From: a bacterium
GTDB lineage: Bacteria > Deinococcota > Deinococci > Deinococcales > Deinococcaceae
Assembly: GCA_021810505.1 (NCBI GenBank)
Contig: JAJZIR010000011.1
Coordinates: 30,450-94,449 of the forward strand
DNA: 64,000 nt
Direction of reading: 5' to 3'
Positions 1 through 9,925 of the stretch are shown piece after piece. How positions within the stretch are numbered: the stretch's first letter is position 1; each line of letters starts with the position of its first letter. Both the position numbers and the translations under genes were made by a program. The notes beneath the pieces are model-generated. The model worked only from the letters and a program-made list of their open reading frames with translations, made no database searches and was not told the DNA's origin.

Positions 1-836
1 CCAGCAGCGGCGGCGTCGCCTCCGGGGGATCCGCCAGCGCCAGCAGCGGCAGCTCCGCGGGTCTGGGGGCGGGGACCTCTCCAGCGGCCAGTGCCAGCGG
101 CAGCGGGGTAGCCCAGGGCCAGGTTCCCCAGGCAGGGCAGGCTAGCGGGCAGGTCTTGCCGGGGAGCGGTTCCGGTGGGCAGGCAGCTAGCGCCAGCAGC
201 GGCGGCGTCGCCTCCGGGGGATCCGCCAGCGCCAGCAGCGGCAGCTCCGCGGGTCTGGGGGCGGGGACCTCTCCAGCGGCCAGTGCCAGCGGCAGCGGGG
301 TAGCCCAGGGCCAGGTTCCTCAGGCAGGGCACGCAACCGGTGTCGATCTGCCCAGCAGCGGGAGCACCGGCCAGGTGGCTGGAAGCTCGACCGGGCTAGG
401 GGTCTCGAGCACCGGCTCCATCACCGGAAGCTCCAGCCAGATTACCCGCGCGTCCTCGCCGAGCTCCCAGGCGGCTTCCCTACCCAGGCTCTGCCTGGTC
501 GTGGTGGACGCCAGGGGGCTCAAGCCGCCGCTCGACCCGGGGCCCAACCCAGCTATCCTGGACACGGCGGGGCAGAAGGTATGGCCGACCCCCCAGGAGG
601 TGCGCGGTATCCCTTCCAGCTTAGTCAACGACGCCGGCATCTCGCTCTTCTTTCCGGCGAGCAAGCAAATCCCGAGCAACCAGGGCACAGTGACGGCCAC
701 CTTCCGGGCGGTCGCCACCGCCGCCGCTCAGAACACGCCGAATTCCATCTTCCACGACGACGTGGTCGTCTCAAGCCAGACCGCCAAGCTGCTGGCCAAG
801 GCGACCCGCGGTTGCCGGGTCGCCTTCCTTTACTGA
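1..836 (+). CDS. Ser/Gly/Ala-rich low-complexity repeat protein, 5' end cut by window edge (frame starts at nt 3); globular ~110 aa C-terminal region of unknown function
   Basis: Open frame runs from window start to stop at 834-836; contains a 64-aa (192 nt) tandem repeat; composition SGA-rich; no recognisable catalytic motif. Confidence 0.5.
   Translation, partial: SSGGVASGGSASASSGSSAGLGAGTSPAASASGSGVAQGQVPQAGQASGQVLPGSGSGGQAASASSGGVASGGSASASSGSSAGLGAGTSPAASASGSGVAQGQVPQAGHATGVDLPSSGSTGQVAGSSTGLGVSSTGSITGSSSQITRASSPSSQAASLPRLCLVVVDARGLKPPLDPGPNPAILDTAGQKVWPTPQEVRGIPSSLVNDAGISLFFPASKQIPSNQGTVTATFRAVATAAAQNTPNSIFHDDVVVSSQTAKLLAKATRGCRVAFLY
2..332. repeat. Direct tandem repeat, ~140 nt unit repeated at period 192 nt (1-2 mismatches), in-frame inside CDS 1..836
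   Basis: nt 1-140 nearly identical to 193-332 (cagcagcggcggcgtcgcctccggggga...ccaggttcc); period divisible by 3. Confidence 0.8.
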
Positions 837-873
837 CGCCTCACACGCTATTCCATGCCTTGGAGGGTTCGCT

Positions 874-1584
874 ATGATGATTGCCGTGAAGCCACGCCAC
901 CTCTTGTTGTCCGGACTTCTGCTGAGCGCCAGCGCCCTGGCCTGGGTACCAGCCCTGAACCTCAAGACCGCTGCGACCATCGTCAACAGCGCCTACGGGA
1001 GGATCGCTCCGGTCAAGACCTCGCTGACCTTGAACCTTCAGGTCAAGGGCGGCGCCTTTGCCGCTGGTCCCGGCGCGGTCTCGCTGTTCTCCGGGCCCAA
1101 AACCTGCTTGACCGACTGGATCAAGCACCCCACCGATTACGCCGCCTATGGGAGCCGCCCGACCAGTATCGCCCTGGCCGGTCAGGGCAACTATGTCCTG
1201 CTCCAGGCCCAGACTGCCCGCAACAACTTCGCCAATATCACCCCAGCAGCCGCCCTAGCCAAAGCCAAAGCAGCGCTCCCGGACGGTACCCTGCGCATCT
1301 TCGTGAGCATCGCCGGCTTGCCGCACAAGTTCGAGCGCAACGCCTACAACGTCGCCTTGCTAGGGCCGAAGCGACAGATCCTGCACCCCAAGCAGATCAG
1401 CTACGTCAGCGGAACCTGGAAGAAAGCCAGCAACGGCCTGTGGGGAGGGACCATGATCTACGCCTTCGATTTGGCCAATATGCCCAATCTGGATCCTTTG
1501 GGGAACCTCACCATCTTGCTGCGGACCGAGGCGGCCAACAGCTGCGCTTACGAGTTCCAGGCTGACCTAGCGAAGTTCATCTGA
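874..1584 (+). CDS. Hypothetical secreted protein (N-terminal signal peptide)
   Basis: GGAGGG RBS 8 nt upstream of ATG; hydrophobic signal-like N-terminus MMIAVKPRHLLLSGLLLSASALA; no family recognised; 38 nt after previous CDS on same strand. Confidence 0.5.
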   Translation: MMIAVKPRHLLLSGLLLSASALAWVPALNLKTAATIVNSAYGRIAPVKTSLTLNLQVKGGAFAAGPGAVSLFSGPKTCLTDWIKHPTDYAAYGSRPTSIALAGQGNYVLLQAQTARNNFANITPAAALAKAKAALPDGTLRIFVSIAGLPHKFERNAYNVALLGPKRQILHPKQISYVSGTWKKASNGLWGGTMIYAFDLANMPNLDPLGNLTILLRTEAANSCAYEFQADLAKFI

Positions 1585-1667
1585 GGACCTCTCGGCGCAG
1601 GCAACCTCCAGCACGCCTCCTGCGCTGGGGTATTCTGGTTGCCTTGGCGTGCGGAAGCCGGGCCCCG

Positions 1668-2480
1668 TCAACCGCCCTGCTCTTGCTCAGCGCTTCGCTG
1701 GGGACCTAGGCCGTGGGAAGAGCGGAGCTCACGCTCCAGGAAGTTCCCGATCTCCTGGATCGTCGTCATCAGGGGGGCCGGGAAGACCACCGTGGAGTTC
1801 TTGTCCACGCTGATCTCGGCTAAGGTCTGTAGGGTCCTGAGCTGCAGCATCACCGGGTGCTGCTGCATGATGTCGGCAGCCTTGCTCAGGAAATCCGCCG
1901 CCAGGTACTCTCCCTCAGCCGAGATGATCTTGGCGCGCTTCTCCCGCTCGGCTTCCGCCTGCCTGGCGATCGCGCGCTTGAGACCCTCGGGGAGTTGGAT
2001 GTCTTTGAGCTCCACCAGGGTAACGGCCACACCCCAGGCCTTGGTGACCTCGTCGAGGATCTGGGGGATGGTGGCGTTGATGCGGTCGGTCTCGGCCAGG
2101 ATCTCGTCCAGAACGTGCTGACCGACCACTTTCCGCAGGGTGGTCTGGGCGATCTGGTTGATCGCCGCCGGGACGTTCTCAATGGCCACCACCGCGTTGG
2201 TCGGGTCGGTGACCTGGTAGTAAGCGACCGCCGAGACATCGACGCTGACGTTGTCTTTGGTGATGATTCCCTGGGACTGGATCGGCATGGTGGTGATCCG
2301 CAAAGAGACTTTGACCAGCCGGTCGATCAGCGGGGTCATCAGGCTGAGCCCAGGGGGTCTGACTGCGACGACGCGTCCCAGCCGGAACAGGACGCCGCGC
2401 TGGTACTGCTCGACCACCCGAATCGACAGGGCTGCCCAGAGAACGATGATCACCAAGATCACCAGAATTGCTAGGGTCAT
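1668..2480 (-). CDS. SPFH/Band-7 domain membrane protein (stomatin/prohibitin-like)
   Basis: N-terminal TM helix then conserved SPFH core (GVLFRLGR..., ITKDNVSVDVSAVAYYQV, EAEREKRAKIISAEGE); AAGGAG RBS. Confidence 0.8.
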   Translation of the reverse strand: MTLAILVILVIIVLWAALSIRVVEQYQRGVLFRLGRVVAVRPPGLSLMTPLIDRLVKVSLRITTMPIQSQGIITKDNVSVDVSAVAYYQVTDPTNAVVAIENVPAAINQIAQTTLRKVVGQHVLDEILAETDRINATIPQILDEVTKAWGVAVTLVELKDIQLPEGLKRAIARQAEAEREKRAKIISAEGEYLAADFLSKAADIMQQHPVMLQLRTLQTLAEISVDKNSTVVFPAPLMTTIQEIGNFLERELRSSHGLGPQRSAEQEQGG

Positions 2481-2556
2481 GTCCGCTCCTTCGGATCAGT
2501 GTCGCACATGTAGGCAGGGAGGGTAAGGGGGTGGGCCAGCGGGTTAGAGTCAGCCC

Positions 2557-3504
2557 GTGGCCACGCCGCCCGTCCCTTCCCCCCTTTGGCCGGAGACCGC
2601 AGCAGCGCTGAGCGAGCACTCAGCGCTGCTGCGCGCGCTGGGAGGCCCCCCCAAGCCGGTCCCCGAGATCGCAGCCCGCCTGAGCCGCCCGGCCGAGAGC
2701 TTGGCGCAGACTTTGCGAGCCTGGAAATCCGCCGGGTTGCCGCTGCGAGCCGGCCCCGCCGGCTGGTCTTGGCACCCGGAGTGCCCGGTGGCCGACCTCC
2801 CGCAGACCAGCCTGGGGGCCGTGACCGGCTACCTCCCCAGCTGTGCCAGCACCCAGGACTTGCTGGCCGAGCTGGCTAGGCGCGGTGCACCGCACGGGAG
2901 CCTGATCTTGAGCGAGGCGCAGACCGCGGGCAGGGGCCGGCTGGGGCGGCGCTGGGTAGCCCGGGCGGGGGAGGGGCTCTACCTCTCCCTGCTGCTACGC
3001 CCGCCGCTGCCAGCGCCGCCCCCGGTGCTCTCGCTGATGGCCGCCGTGGCCCTCCAGGAAAGCTGCGGCCTGGGCTCGCTCAAGTGGCCCAACGACCTGC
3101 TCGACCCCTCGGGAAAGAAGCTGGCCGGCATCCTCCTGGAAGCCCGGTGGTCCGGGGAGCTCGACTTCCTGTTGATCGGGATCGGGGTCAACGTCCGGGC
3201 GGGCAGCTGGCCGGACGGGGCCGCCGCCGTCGGCGCGTGGCGCTGGGTTAACCGGGCCAGGTTGCTGCGCTCCCTGCTGGAATCCCTAGAATGCTGGTGG
3301 GGTAAGCCCCCCGAAGCGGTTCTGCGGCGCTGGTGGGAGCTGAGCGCCCACCGAGGCAAACCGGTGGCCCTGCGCCGCGCAGGGGTGTTGTTGACTGGGC
3401 TCGCCGACGGCTTGGAGCCGGATGGGTCGCTCCGGGTAATCGGGGCGAACGGTACCGCGCGCATCTCGGCCGGCGAAGTAGCCTGGATCGGAGGACTTGA
3501 ATGA
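2557..3504 (+). CDS. birA: Biotin--[acetyl-CoA-carboxylase] ligase / biotin operon repressor BirA (HTH + ligase)
   Basis: GRGRLGRRW and KWPNDL motifs of biotin protein ligase; GTG start; stop overlaps start of bioY (ATGA). Confidence 0.8.
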   Translation: MATPPVPSPLWPETAAALSEHSALLRALGGPPKPVPEIAARLSRPAESLAQTLRAWKSAGLPLRAGPAGWSWHPECPVADLPQTSLGAVTGYLPSCASTQDLLAELARRGAPHGSLILSEAQTAGRGRLGRRWVARAGEGLYLSLLLRPPLPAPPPVLSLMAAVALQESCGLGSLKWPNDLLDPSGKKLAGILLEARWSGELDFLLIGIGVNVRAGSWPDGAAAVGAWRWVNRARLLRSLLESLECWWGKPPEAVLRRWWELSAHRGKPVALRRAGVLLTGLADGLEPDGSLRVIGANGTARISAGEVAWIGGLE

Positions 3505-4115
3505 ACGCAACACAACGGCTTTCCTACCTACCGCTAGCCAAGCTGTGGCTACCCAGGCGGACTTGGATCCGCGACGCCCTGTTGGTCCTGGGCGGCAGCC
3601 TGCTGGTAGCTCTGCTGGCTCAGGTCAGCGTCCCGCTGCCCTTCACGCCAGTCCCCTTCACCGGCCAGACCCTGGGAGTCCTCCTGGTCGGCGCGGCGCT
3701 GGGCAGCCGCCTGGGATCCCTGTCGATGCTGCTGTACCTGGTCGAGGGAGGGGTCGGCTTGCGGGTCTTCGCGGGCGGCGGATCGGGCCTGGGCGTCCTG
3801 CTCAGCGTCGATGGCGGCTACCTGATCGCCTGCCCGCTGGCCGCTGCCCTAGTCGGCTACGCGGTAGAGCGCTTCGGGGCCGATCGCCGCGCGCTGGGCG
3901 TTCTGGTGGCCTTCGCGCTGGGCAGCGCCACCTTCTATCTGTTGGGTGTCAGCGGGTTGTCTCTGGTGCTGGCCGCTTCCGGGCACCCCGTCTCGCTGGG
4001 GACGGCCCTCCAGCTGGGGATGTGGCCTTTCCTGCCCGGCGACCTGATCAAGGCTCTGCTAGCCGCCGCCCTGCTACCCGGGAGCTGGGCGCTGGTGCAG
4101 CGGCGCAGGGACTGA
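3501..4115 (+). CDS. bioY: BioY-family biotin transporter (ECF S-component)
   Basis: 5-6 TM protein; birA-bioY linkage; 4-nt start/stop overlap with birA. Confidence 0.75.
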   Translation: MNATQRLSYLPLAKLWLPRRTWIRDALLVLGGSLLVALLAQVSVPLPFTPVPFTGQTLGVLLVGAALGSRLGSLSMLLYLVEGGVGLRVFAGGGSGLGVLLSVDGGYLIACPLAAALVGYAVERFGADRRALGVLVAFALGSATFYLLGVSGLSLVLAASGHPVSLGTALQLGMWPFLPGDLIKALLAAALLPGSWALVQRRRD

Positions 4116-4117
4116 GG

Positions 4118-5758
4118 CTACTCCACTAGGATCGGGATGAGCACGGGGTTGCGCCCGGTGGCCTTGCGCAGGAAGCGCCGCAGCGAGCCGTAGAGGTCGT
4201 CGCGGATCTCCTCCAAAGGGCGCTTATTGCGGATCCCCAGCTCGATCACCTCCAGAGCGGTGGCCCGCAGCGACTGATCCAGCTCGCGGTTGGCCCGCAC
4301 CACCCCCCTGGAGACCAGCTCGACGTGGGGAGTGGGGTGCAGGATAGCCAGGGCGACCAAGACGCCGTCGGTGCTCATCAGAGACCGGTCGGTCAGGGTG
4401 TCCTCGTTGATATCGCCCACGCCCAGGCCGTCCACGTACTCCGCCCCTGCTGGGACCGAACCGGCGATCTTGAACTCGTCGCGACCGATCCGCACGATGT
4501 CGCCGTTCTTGGCGATGAGGGACTGCTTGGGGGGATTGGGCATCTCCTGGGCTAAGCGGATATGGTTCACCTGGTGCCTGGGCTCTCCGTGCCAGGGCAG
4601 GAAGTACTTGGGGCTAGCCAGGTTGAAGATCAGGCGCAGGTCCTCTTGGCTGCCGTGGCCGGAGGCGTGAACCCGGTAGGTCGGGGGGTAGTAGACGTCC
4701 ACCCCGATCTGGTAGAGGCGGTTGACCACCTCGTTCACCGCCTCCTCGTTGCCGGGGATGGGGCTGCTGGAGAGGATCACCGTATCGCCCCGGCGCAGGC
4801 TGATCCGGGCGTGGGTACCCATGGAGAGCCTGGAGAGCACGCTCATCGGCTGTCCCTGGCTCCCGGTGCACAGGAACAGCACCTTCTGATCCGGCAGATC
4901 GCCCATCTCGTCCACGCTGATGAGGGGATCCTTGACCTCCAAGTATCCGAGGTTCAAGGCCACTTGGGCGTACTTGAGCATGCTCCGGCCTTCGACAACC
5001 ACCCGCCTCTGGAATTTCTCGGCGATCCGGATGACGCTCTGGATGCGGTGGGTGTGCGAGGCGAAGGTGGTCACGAAAACCCGGCCCTGCGCACCTTCTA
5101 CCAGCTTCTCGATCGCCTCGGCCACCTCGGCCTCGCTGGTGGTATGGCCGGGGCGCTCGGCGTTGGTGCTGTCCGAGACCAGCAGCAGCGTGCCGGCCGC
5201 CCCGGCGTCAGCGATCTTGGCTAGGTGGCTGGTCTTGCCGTCGGTGGGGCTCTGGTCGAGCTTGAAGTCCCCGGTGTAGATGACCCGGCCGATCGGCGTC
5301 TGCAGGACGAAGCCGGAGTTGTCGGGGATCGAGTGGGTCATGCGGAACAGGTCGACGCCGAAGTGGCGGCCGACGCGGAAGTGCGCGTCGGGGTCGACCT
5401 CGCGCAGGTCCAAGTCGTGCTCGGGAATCCCGAACTCGCTCAGCTTCTCGCGCAGCAGACCCAGCGTCAGCCTGGCTGCGTACATCGGAACCCTGGGCAG
5501 CCTGGGCAGGAGGTACGGGAGGGCGCCGATGTGGTCCTCGTGGCCGTGGGTGAGCACCCAGCCCTTGATCAGAGCAGCGTTTTGCTGCAGGTAGTCGATC
5601 CGGGGAATCAGCAGGTCCACGCCCAACATGCGGACCTCGGGAAAGGCGAGTCCGCCGTCGACGATCAGGATCTCGTCGTCATAGCGGAAAGCGACGATGT
5701 TCTTGCCGATCTCTCCCATCCCCCCCAGGGGGATCATGTCCAGATGCTTCTCGCTCAC
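4118..5758 (-). CDS. rnj: Ribonuclease J (metallo-beta-lactamase/beta-CASP RNase)
   Basis: HGHEDHIG metallo-beta-lactamase motif, beta-CASP region, 546 aa, typical N-terminus KHLDMIPLGGMGEIGKN. Confidence 0.9.
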   Translation of the reverse strand: MSEKHLDMIPLGGMGEIGKNIVAFRYDDEILIVDGGLAFPEVRMLGVDLLIPRIDYLQQNAALIKGWVLTHGHEDHIGALPYLLPRLPRVPMYAARLTLGLLREKLSEFGIPEHDLDLREVDPDAHFRVGRHFGVDLFRMTHSIPDNSGFVLQTPIGRVIYTGDFKLDQSPTDGKTSHLAKIADAGAAGTLLLVSDSTNAERPGHTTSEAEVAEAIEKLVEGAQGRVFVTTFASHTHRIQSVIRIAEKFQRRVVVEGRSMLKYAQVALNLGYLEVKDPLISVDEMGDLPDQKVLFLCTGSQGQPMSVLSRLSMGTHARISLRRGDTVILSSSPIPGNEEAVNEVVNRLYQIGVDVYYPPTYRVHASGHGSQEDLRLIFNLASPKYFLPWHGEPRHQVNHIRLAQEMPNPPKQSLIAKNGDIVRIGRDEFKIAGSVPAGAEYVDGLGVGDINEDTLTDRSLMSTDGVLVALAILHPTPHVELVSRGVVRANRELDQSLRATALEVIELGIRNKRPLEEIRDDLYGSLRRFLRKATGRNPVLIPILVE

Positions 5759-5803
5759 AGAACAGCTCCTCTTCCCAGGGGTGTCCCCGGGATAACGCGT
5801 GTC

Positions 5804-7036
5804 TCAAGTGCGGACCGAATCCAGGACCATCCGGACGAAGCGGTCACGCCCTCTCTGCACCACCATCTCCGCGCGGAAAGGCAGGCGGCCCTGGGGGTCG
5901 TCGACCACCGCGCCGTCGACGCGGATTCCCCGCTGCTCGATCAGCCGCCGAGCCTCGCTGAGGCTGCTGGCCAGACCGGCCAGGACCACCAGTCGGGCCA
6001 GTGAGATCTGCCCCTCCGGGCTCAGCTCGGAAGGGGCTACGGGCTTGGCGGCCAGATCAGAGGGGATCTCGCCGCGCGCGACAGCCTGGTAACGGGCCTG
6101 GGCCGCTGCCAGGTCAGCTTCCGGGTGCAACCAGGAGACCACCCGCTGGGCCAGCAGTCTATGGGCAACCAGCGGATCCCCAGATAGCGCAGCGGTTTCG
6201 GCGGGCTCCATGTCGGTGAGCAACAGAAAGTAGTTGGCCAACAGGGCGTCCGGAACCTTCATCAGCTGCGCGAACATCTGCTCGGGGGCCTCGGAGAGGC
6301 CGATATAGTTGTCCAGGCTCTTGGACATCTTCTCGCTGCCGTCTAAGCCCACCAGCAGCGGCAGGGTCATCACCACCTGGGGATCTTGGCCGAATTCCCT
6401 CTGGATGTCCCGGCCGACCAGCAGGTTGAACAGCTGGTCGGTCCCCCCTAGCTCCACGTCGGCGCGGATGGCTACCGAGTCGTAGGCCTGGACCAGCGGG
6501 TAGAGGATCTCGTGCATGCTCACCGGGGACCCCTCGCGCAGCCGCTTGCTGAAATCGTCGCGCTCCAGCATCCTGGCTACGGTGTAATGGCCGCTCAGCT
6601 CGATGATCTCGCGCAGGCTGAGCCCGCTCAGCCACTCGGAGTTGTAGCGCAACGAGAAGGTCGCCAGATCGTCGCTCAGGATGCGCTTGGCCTGCTCGAT
6701 GTAGCTCCTGGCGTTCTCCCTGGTCTGCTCGATGGTGAGCGGAGGGCGGGTGCGGTTACGGCCACTCGGATCGCCGATGGTGGCGGTGAAGTCGCCCAGG
6801 ATGAGCACCACCCGGTGCCCCAAGTCCTGGAACTGGCGCAGCTTGCGCAGCACCACTGCGTGACCCAGATGAAACTCCGGCTTGGTGGGGTCTACGCCGA
6901 GCTTGACGGTGAGCGGGCGACCTTCGGCGAGCTTGCGCGCCAGATCGGCCTGCTGGATCAGATCCACCACTCCGCGCCCCAGCACGGCATGTACATCGCG
7001 TCCCTCGTGCATCGTCTTCTCCCACGTTTCGTCCAA
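5804..7036 (-). CDS. tyrS: Tyrosine--tRNA ligase
   Basis: HLGH-type (EFHLGH) and KMSKS motifs, C-terminal S4-like domain. Confidence 0.9.
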   Translation of the reverse strand: MDETWEKTMHEGRDVHAVLGRGVVDLIQQADLARKLAEGRPLTVKLGVDPTKPEFHLGHAVVLRKLRQFQDLGHRVVLILGDFTATIGDPSGRNRTRPPLTIEQTRENARSYIEQAKRILSDDLATFSLRYNSEWLSGLSLREIIELSGHYTVARMLERDDFSKRLREGSPVSMHEILYPLVQAYDSVAIRADVELGGTDQLFNLLVGRDIQREFGQDPQVVMTLPLLVGLDGSEKMSKSLDNYIGLSEAPEQMFAQLMKVPDALLANYFLLLTDMEPAETAALSGDPLVAHRLLAQRVVSWLHPEADLAAAQARYQAVARGEIPSDLAAKPVAPSELSPEGQISLARLVVLAGLASSLSEARRLIEQRGIRVDGAVVDDPQGRLPFRAEMVVQRGRDRFVRMVLDSVRT

Positions 7037-7065
7037 CGCTTTGGGTAGAGCCCCAGGCGGCTGGC

Positions 7066-8490
7066 TCAGCCTGACTTGGCCGCAGCACGCCGCTGCATGC
7101 GCTGCTCGATCTGGCGGTTAATCCAGATCTGCTGCCCAATCCCCAGCAAGGTCGAGAACACCCAGTAGATCACCACGCCGGCCGGGAAGCTCAGCGCGAT
7201 GAAGATATAGACCACCTGGATGATCAGCTGTTGGCGGAACATCTCCGGCGCCTTGCGGGTACTGAAGTACATCTGCGCGACGTTGGACAGCAGGTAGAGA
7301 GCTGGCAGGATGTAGTAGGGATCTGGGATCGACAGGTCCGGCAGCCACAAAAAGGGAGCGGTAAACTCGAAGTTGGCGAATACCCGCCAAAGGATCAGCA
7401 AGATGGGGAGCTGCACGATGACCGGCAGGCAGCCAGCGGCTGGATTGACGCCGTGTTCCTTGTAGAGGGCCATGGTCGCTTCGTTGCGCTTGGCCGGGTC
7501 CTTGAACTTGGCGTTCACCTCCTTGATCATCGGTTGGATTACCTGCATCTCGGCGAAGGAGCGCAGCTGGGCCTGCATCAGCGGCCAGGTCAGTATGCGG
7601 ATGATCAGGGTCAGGATCAGGATCGAGACCCCCCACGAACCCACCACCGAGTTGATCAGCTGCAGCAGGATCACCAAGAGCAGCGACAGCTGTCCAAAGA
7701 TATTGGCCTGGAAGAGGCCGGGAAGGTTGGAGTAGTGCTCCAGGTAAAGGTGGATCAGCTCGTTCGGCCCCCCGTAAACCCGCAGCCGGCTGGTTCCAGC
7801 TAGGCTCAGGGCGATCTTTCCGTGGGTACCGGGGATCAGCCGAGCGGTGGCGGCGGTGCCTTGGACCGGCTCCACGATCAGCGCGTCGGCGCCCCCGGCT
7901 TGCAAGCTGGCGTAGCGCAGGCTGGGGACCTTCCCGGAATTGACCACCGAGCTGCTCCCGACGCTCAGGCCCTTGAGCTGGGGGTTGTCCATCCCGGTGA
8001 AGTCGAGCTGATAGGCCGGTGCTCCGGTCACCTGGGTGGTGACCGAGATGGTGAACCGCACCGGGTTGAGCACGATGGTCTTCACCACCGAGACGGCTCC
8101 CTGCCGGTAACGGAAGACCGCCTGGAAACGGTTGGGGGCGGGGTGGGTCAGCGCGGGGGGCTGGGCGACCGGCTTTCCGTGCAGCGGGATGACCAGGGCG
8201 CGCTGGCCGGCTAGTAGGTTATTCTTCTCGCCCAGGACGCCTTGGGCGTCCACCTTGCCGTTCTTGACGCTGATGGAACTGCTGCCCGCCGGCGCCTTGA
8301 CGTACCAGCCCAGGATCTCGCCCTCGGGGTTGAAGACGATGTCGTAGAGATTGTTGGTAAAGATGGCGTCCTTCGGCCTGCCCGGGTAGAGCGTGACGTT
8401 GCCATACCAAGCCGGTGTGACCGCGGCCACAGCCATCCCCAACAACAGCAGCAACAGCGGGAAGAAGCGCAGCAGCCTAGCGGCCTTCAT
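7066..8490 (-). CDS. yidC: Membrane protein insertase YidC (true start ATG 8490, not track start 8733)
   Basis: Signal/TM N-terminus [18 protein letters not shown], large periplasmic domain, conserved C-terminal 5-TM core ([20 protein letters not shown]); GAGGAAG RBS before 8490; start overlaps yidD stop by 4 nt. Confidence 0.85.
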   Translation of the reverse strand: MKAARLLRFFPLLLLLLGMAVAAVTPAWYGNVTLYPGRPKDAIFTNNLYDIVFNPEGEILGWYVKAPAGSSSISVKNGKVDAQGVLGEKNNLLAGQRALVIPLHGKPVAQPPALTHPAPNRFQAVFRYRQGAVSVVKTIVLNPVRFTISVTTQVTGAPAYQLDFTGMDNPQLKGLSVGSSSVVNSGKVPSLRYASLQAGGADALIVEPVQGTAATARLIPGTHGKIALSLAGTSRLRVYGGPNELIHLYLEHYSNLPGLFQANIFGQLSLLLVILLQLINSVVGSWGVSILILTLIIRILTWPLMQAQLRSFAEMQVIQPMIKEVNAKFKDPAKRNEATMALYKEHGVNPAAGCLPVIVQLPILLILWRVFANFEFTAPFLWLPDLSIPDPYYILPALYLLSNVAQMYFSTRKAPEMFRQQLIIQVVYIFIALSFPAGVVIYWVFSTLLGIGQQIWINRQIEQRMQRRAAAKSG

Positions 8491-8768
8491 ACCGACTTCC
8501 TCTCTGCATCTTTGTGCGAAGCAACCCGGCCCAGATGCTCGGGAACCGGGTCGAAACCGCCCTCGTTCCAGGGGTGGCAGCGTGCCAGCCGGAGCAGCGC
8601 CAACCAGCCACCCCGCCAGGGACCAAAACGGACGACCGCCTGCTCGGCGTAGGCCGAACAGCTGGGGTGGAAGCGGCAGCTGGGGGAACCCTTGAGCGGG
8701 GAGAGGAAGCTTCGGTAGAAGCCGATGGCCCACAGCATCAAGCGCGCCAGAGGTCCGGGAGAGCTCAC
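8487..8768 (-). CDS. yidD: Membrane protein insertion efficiency factor YidD
   Basis: [11 protein letters not shown] motif; position between rnpA and yidC as in the conserved rpmH-rnpA-yidD-yidC cluster; start may be internal (ML at ~8738). Confidence 0.75.
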   Translation of the reverse strand: MSSPGPLARLMLWAIGFYRSFLSPLKGSPSCRFHPSCSAYAEQAVVRFGPWRGGWLALLRLARCHPWNEGGFDPVPEHLGRVASHKDAERKSV

Positions 8769-9295
8769 CTCGGTGACCCCGGCCCCAACGCCGCCTCCAG
8801 CTGGCGCTTGAGTTCCGAAAAGGGAGCCGCCTTGGCCTCTTTATTGGGCATCACGATGGCCCGGCAGGGGGGCAAGGAGAGCTCGGCCAGAGCGGCGCGC
8901 AGCCTTCTCCTGGCCCGGTTGCGGTCCACGGCGCGAGCCAAGGTCTTCTTGGAGATGACGATACCGACCAGCGGGCAGGGGCGGTAAGGTTCGCCGTGGC
9001 GCGGTCGGTAGGGGAGCTTCCGGATGGCCAGCAGCGGAAGACGAAACGAACGGCCCCGCCGGACCGAGCGGAACTCTCTCCCCCCCTTCAGTGGGCGGGC
9101 CGAGCTGTTCAGACGGTCAGACGTGAGCGGCCCTTGGCCCGCCGACGGGACAGCACCCGGCGGCCCGCCGGAGTGGCCATGCGAACTAGGAATCCGTGGG
9201 TCTTGGCGCGTTTGCGCGTGTTGGGTTGATAGGTGCGCTTCATGGTTCTCCCTCAGCGGTGTAGCGTCGGCAACAACGCGGAGCCAGTGTATCAC
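8765..9295 (-). CDS. rnpA: Ribonuclease P protein component RnpA; long ORF with N-terminal extension spanning rpmH in another frame
   Basis: C-terminal ~115 aa match RnpA ([16 protein letters not shown]..., [11 protein letters not shown]); no ATG before the conserved core; GTG at 9295 overlaps gmk stop as GTGA. Confidence 0.7.
   Translation of the reverse strand: MIHWLRVVADATPLRENHEAHLSTQHAQTRQDPRIPSSHGHSGGPPGAVPSAGQGPLTSDRLNSSARPLKGGREFRSVRRGRSFRLPLLAIRKLPYRPRHGEPYRPCPLVGIVISKKTLARAVDRNRARRRLRAALAELSLPPCRAIVMPNKEAKAAPFSELKRQLEAALGPGSPR
9109..9243 (-). CDS. rpmH: 50S ribosomal protein L34 (44 aa; not in ORF track because <60 aa)
   Basis: Translation [44 protein letters not shown] read directly from the minus strand; lies inside the rnpA ORF in a different frame. 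Confidence 0.8.
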   Translation of the reverse strand: MKRTYQPNTRKRAKTHGFLVRMATPAGRRVLSRRRAKGRSRLTV

Positions 9296-9903
9296 AACGG
9301 GCTGTTCGGGGCCGGGGCGGAGGTCTTGGGCTGGTAGCGGCGGCTGCGCAGGTGCTCGGCGCGGACGATGGCGACCAGGTCGTCGGCGGCCCGCTCCACC
9401 TGGTCGTTGATCACCAGGTAGTGGAAGTCGGCGAAGCTGCGCAGCTCCTCGGCGGCGCGGGCCAGCCGCTGCTCGATCCGCTCAGACGCTTCGGTACCGC
9501 GGCGGATCAACCGCCTGCGCAGCTCTTCCAGGTTGGGAGGCAGGATGAAGATCAGCACCGCCTGGGGGAAGTGCGCCGCCACCTGAGCCGCCCCCTGCAC
9601 CTCGATCTCCAGCAAGACATCTCGGCCCTGGGCCAAAGCGGCAGCCACCGGCGCCCTGGGCGTCCCGTAGAGGTGCCCGACGAACTCGGCGTGCTCCAGA
9701 AACCCCTGGCTGCGCAGCTCTCCCAGGAACTGAGCGCGGTCGACGAAGCGGTAATCGGTCCCGTCGCGCTCCCCGGGGCGGGGCTCCCTGGTAGTCCAGG
9801 AGACCGAGTAGAACAGGTCGGCGCGCTGGAGCAATCGGGAGCGCAGCGTACCCTTCCCCACCCCCGAGGCCCCGGTAATCACGAAGAGCAGCCCTTCCCG
9901 GAC
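9292..9903 (-). CDS. gmk: Guanylate kinase (likely GTG/V start near 9903; longer track ORF overlaps tkt)
   Basis: P-loop GASGVGKGT, TTREPR guanylate kinase signature, ~200 aa. Confidence 0.85.
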   Translation of the reverse strand, partial: VREGLLFVITGASGVGKGTLRSRLLQRADLFYSVSWTTREPRPGERDGTDYRFVDRAQFLGELRSQGFLEHAEFVGHLYGTPRAPVAAALAQGRDVLLEIEVQGAAQVAAHFPQAVLIFILPPNLEELRRRLIRRGTEASERIEQRLARAAEELRSFADFHYLVINDQVERAADDLVAIVRAEHLRSRRYQPKTSAPAPNSPL

Positions 9904-9925
9904 AGCCTCGATGGGGGAGGCGGCG

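Noticed and set aside
8765-9295. Treating the N-terminal 60 aa of the rnpA ORF as a genuine conserved domain
   Set aside because: Sequence there is simply the out-of-frame translation of rpmH; kept as hypothesis (finding 1) rather than asserted.
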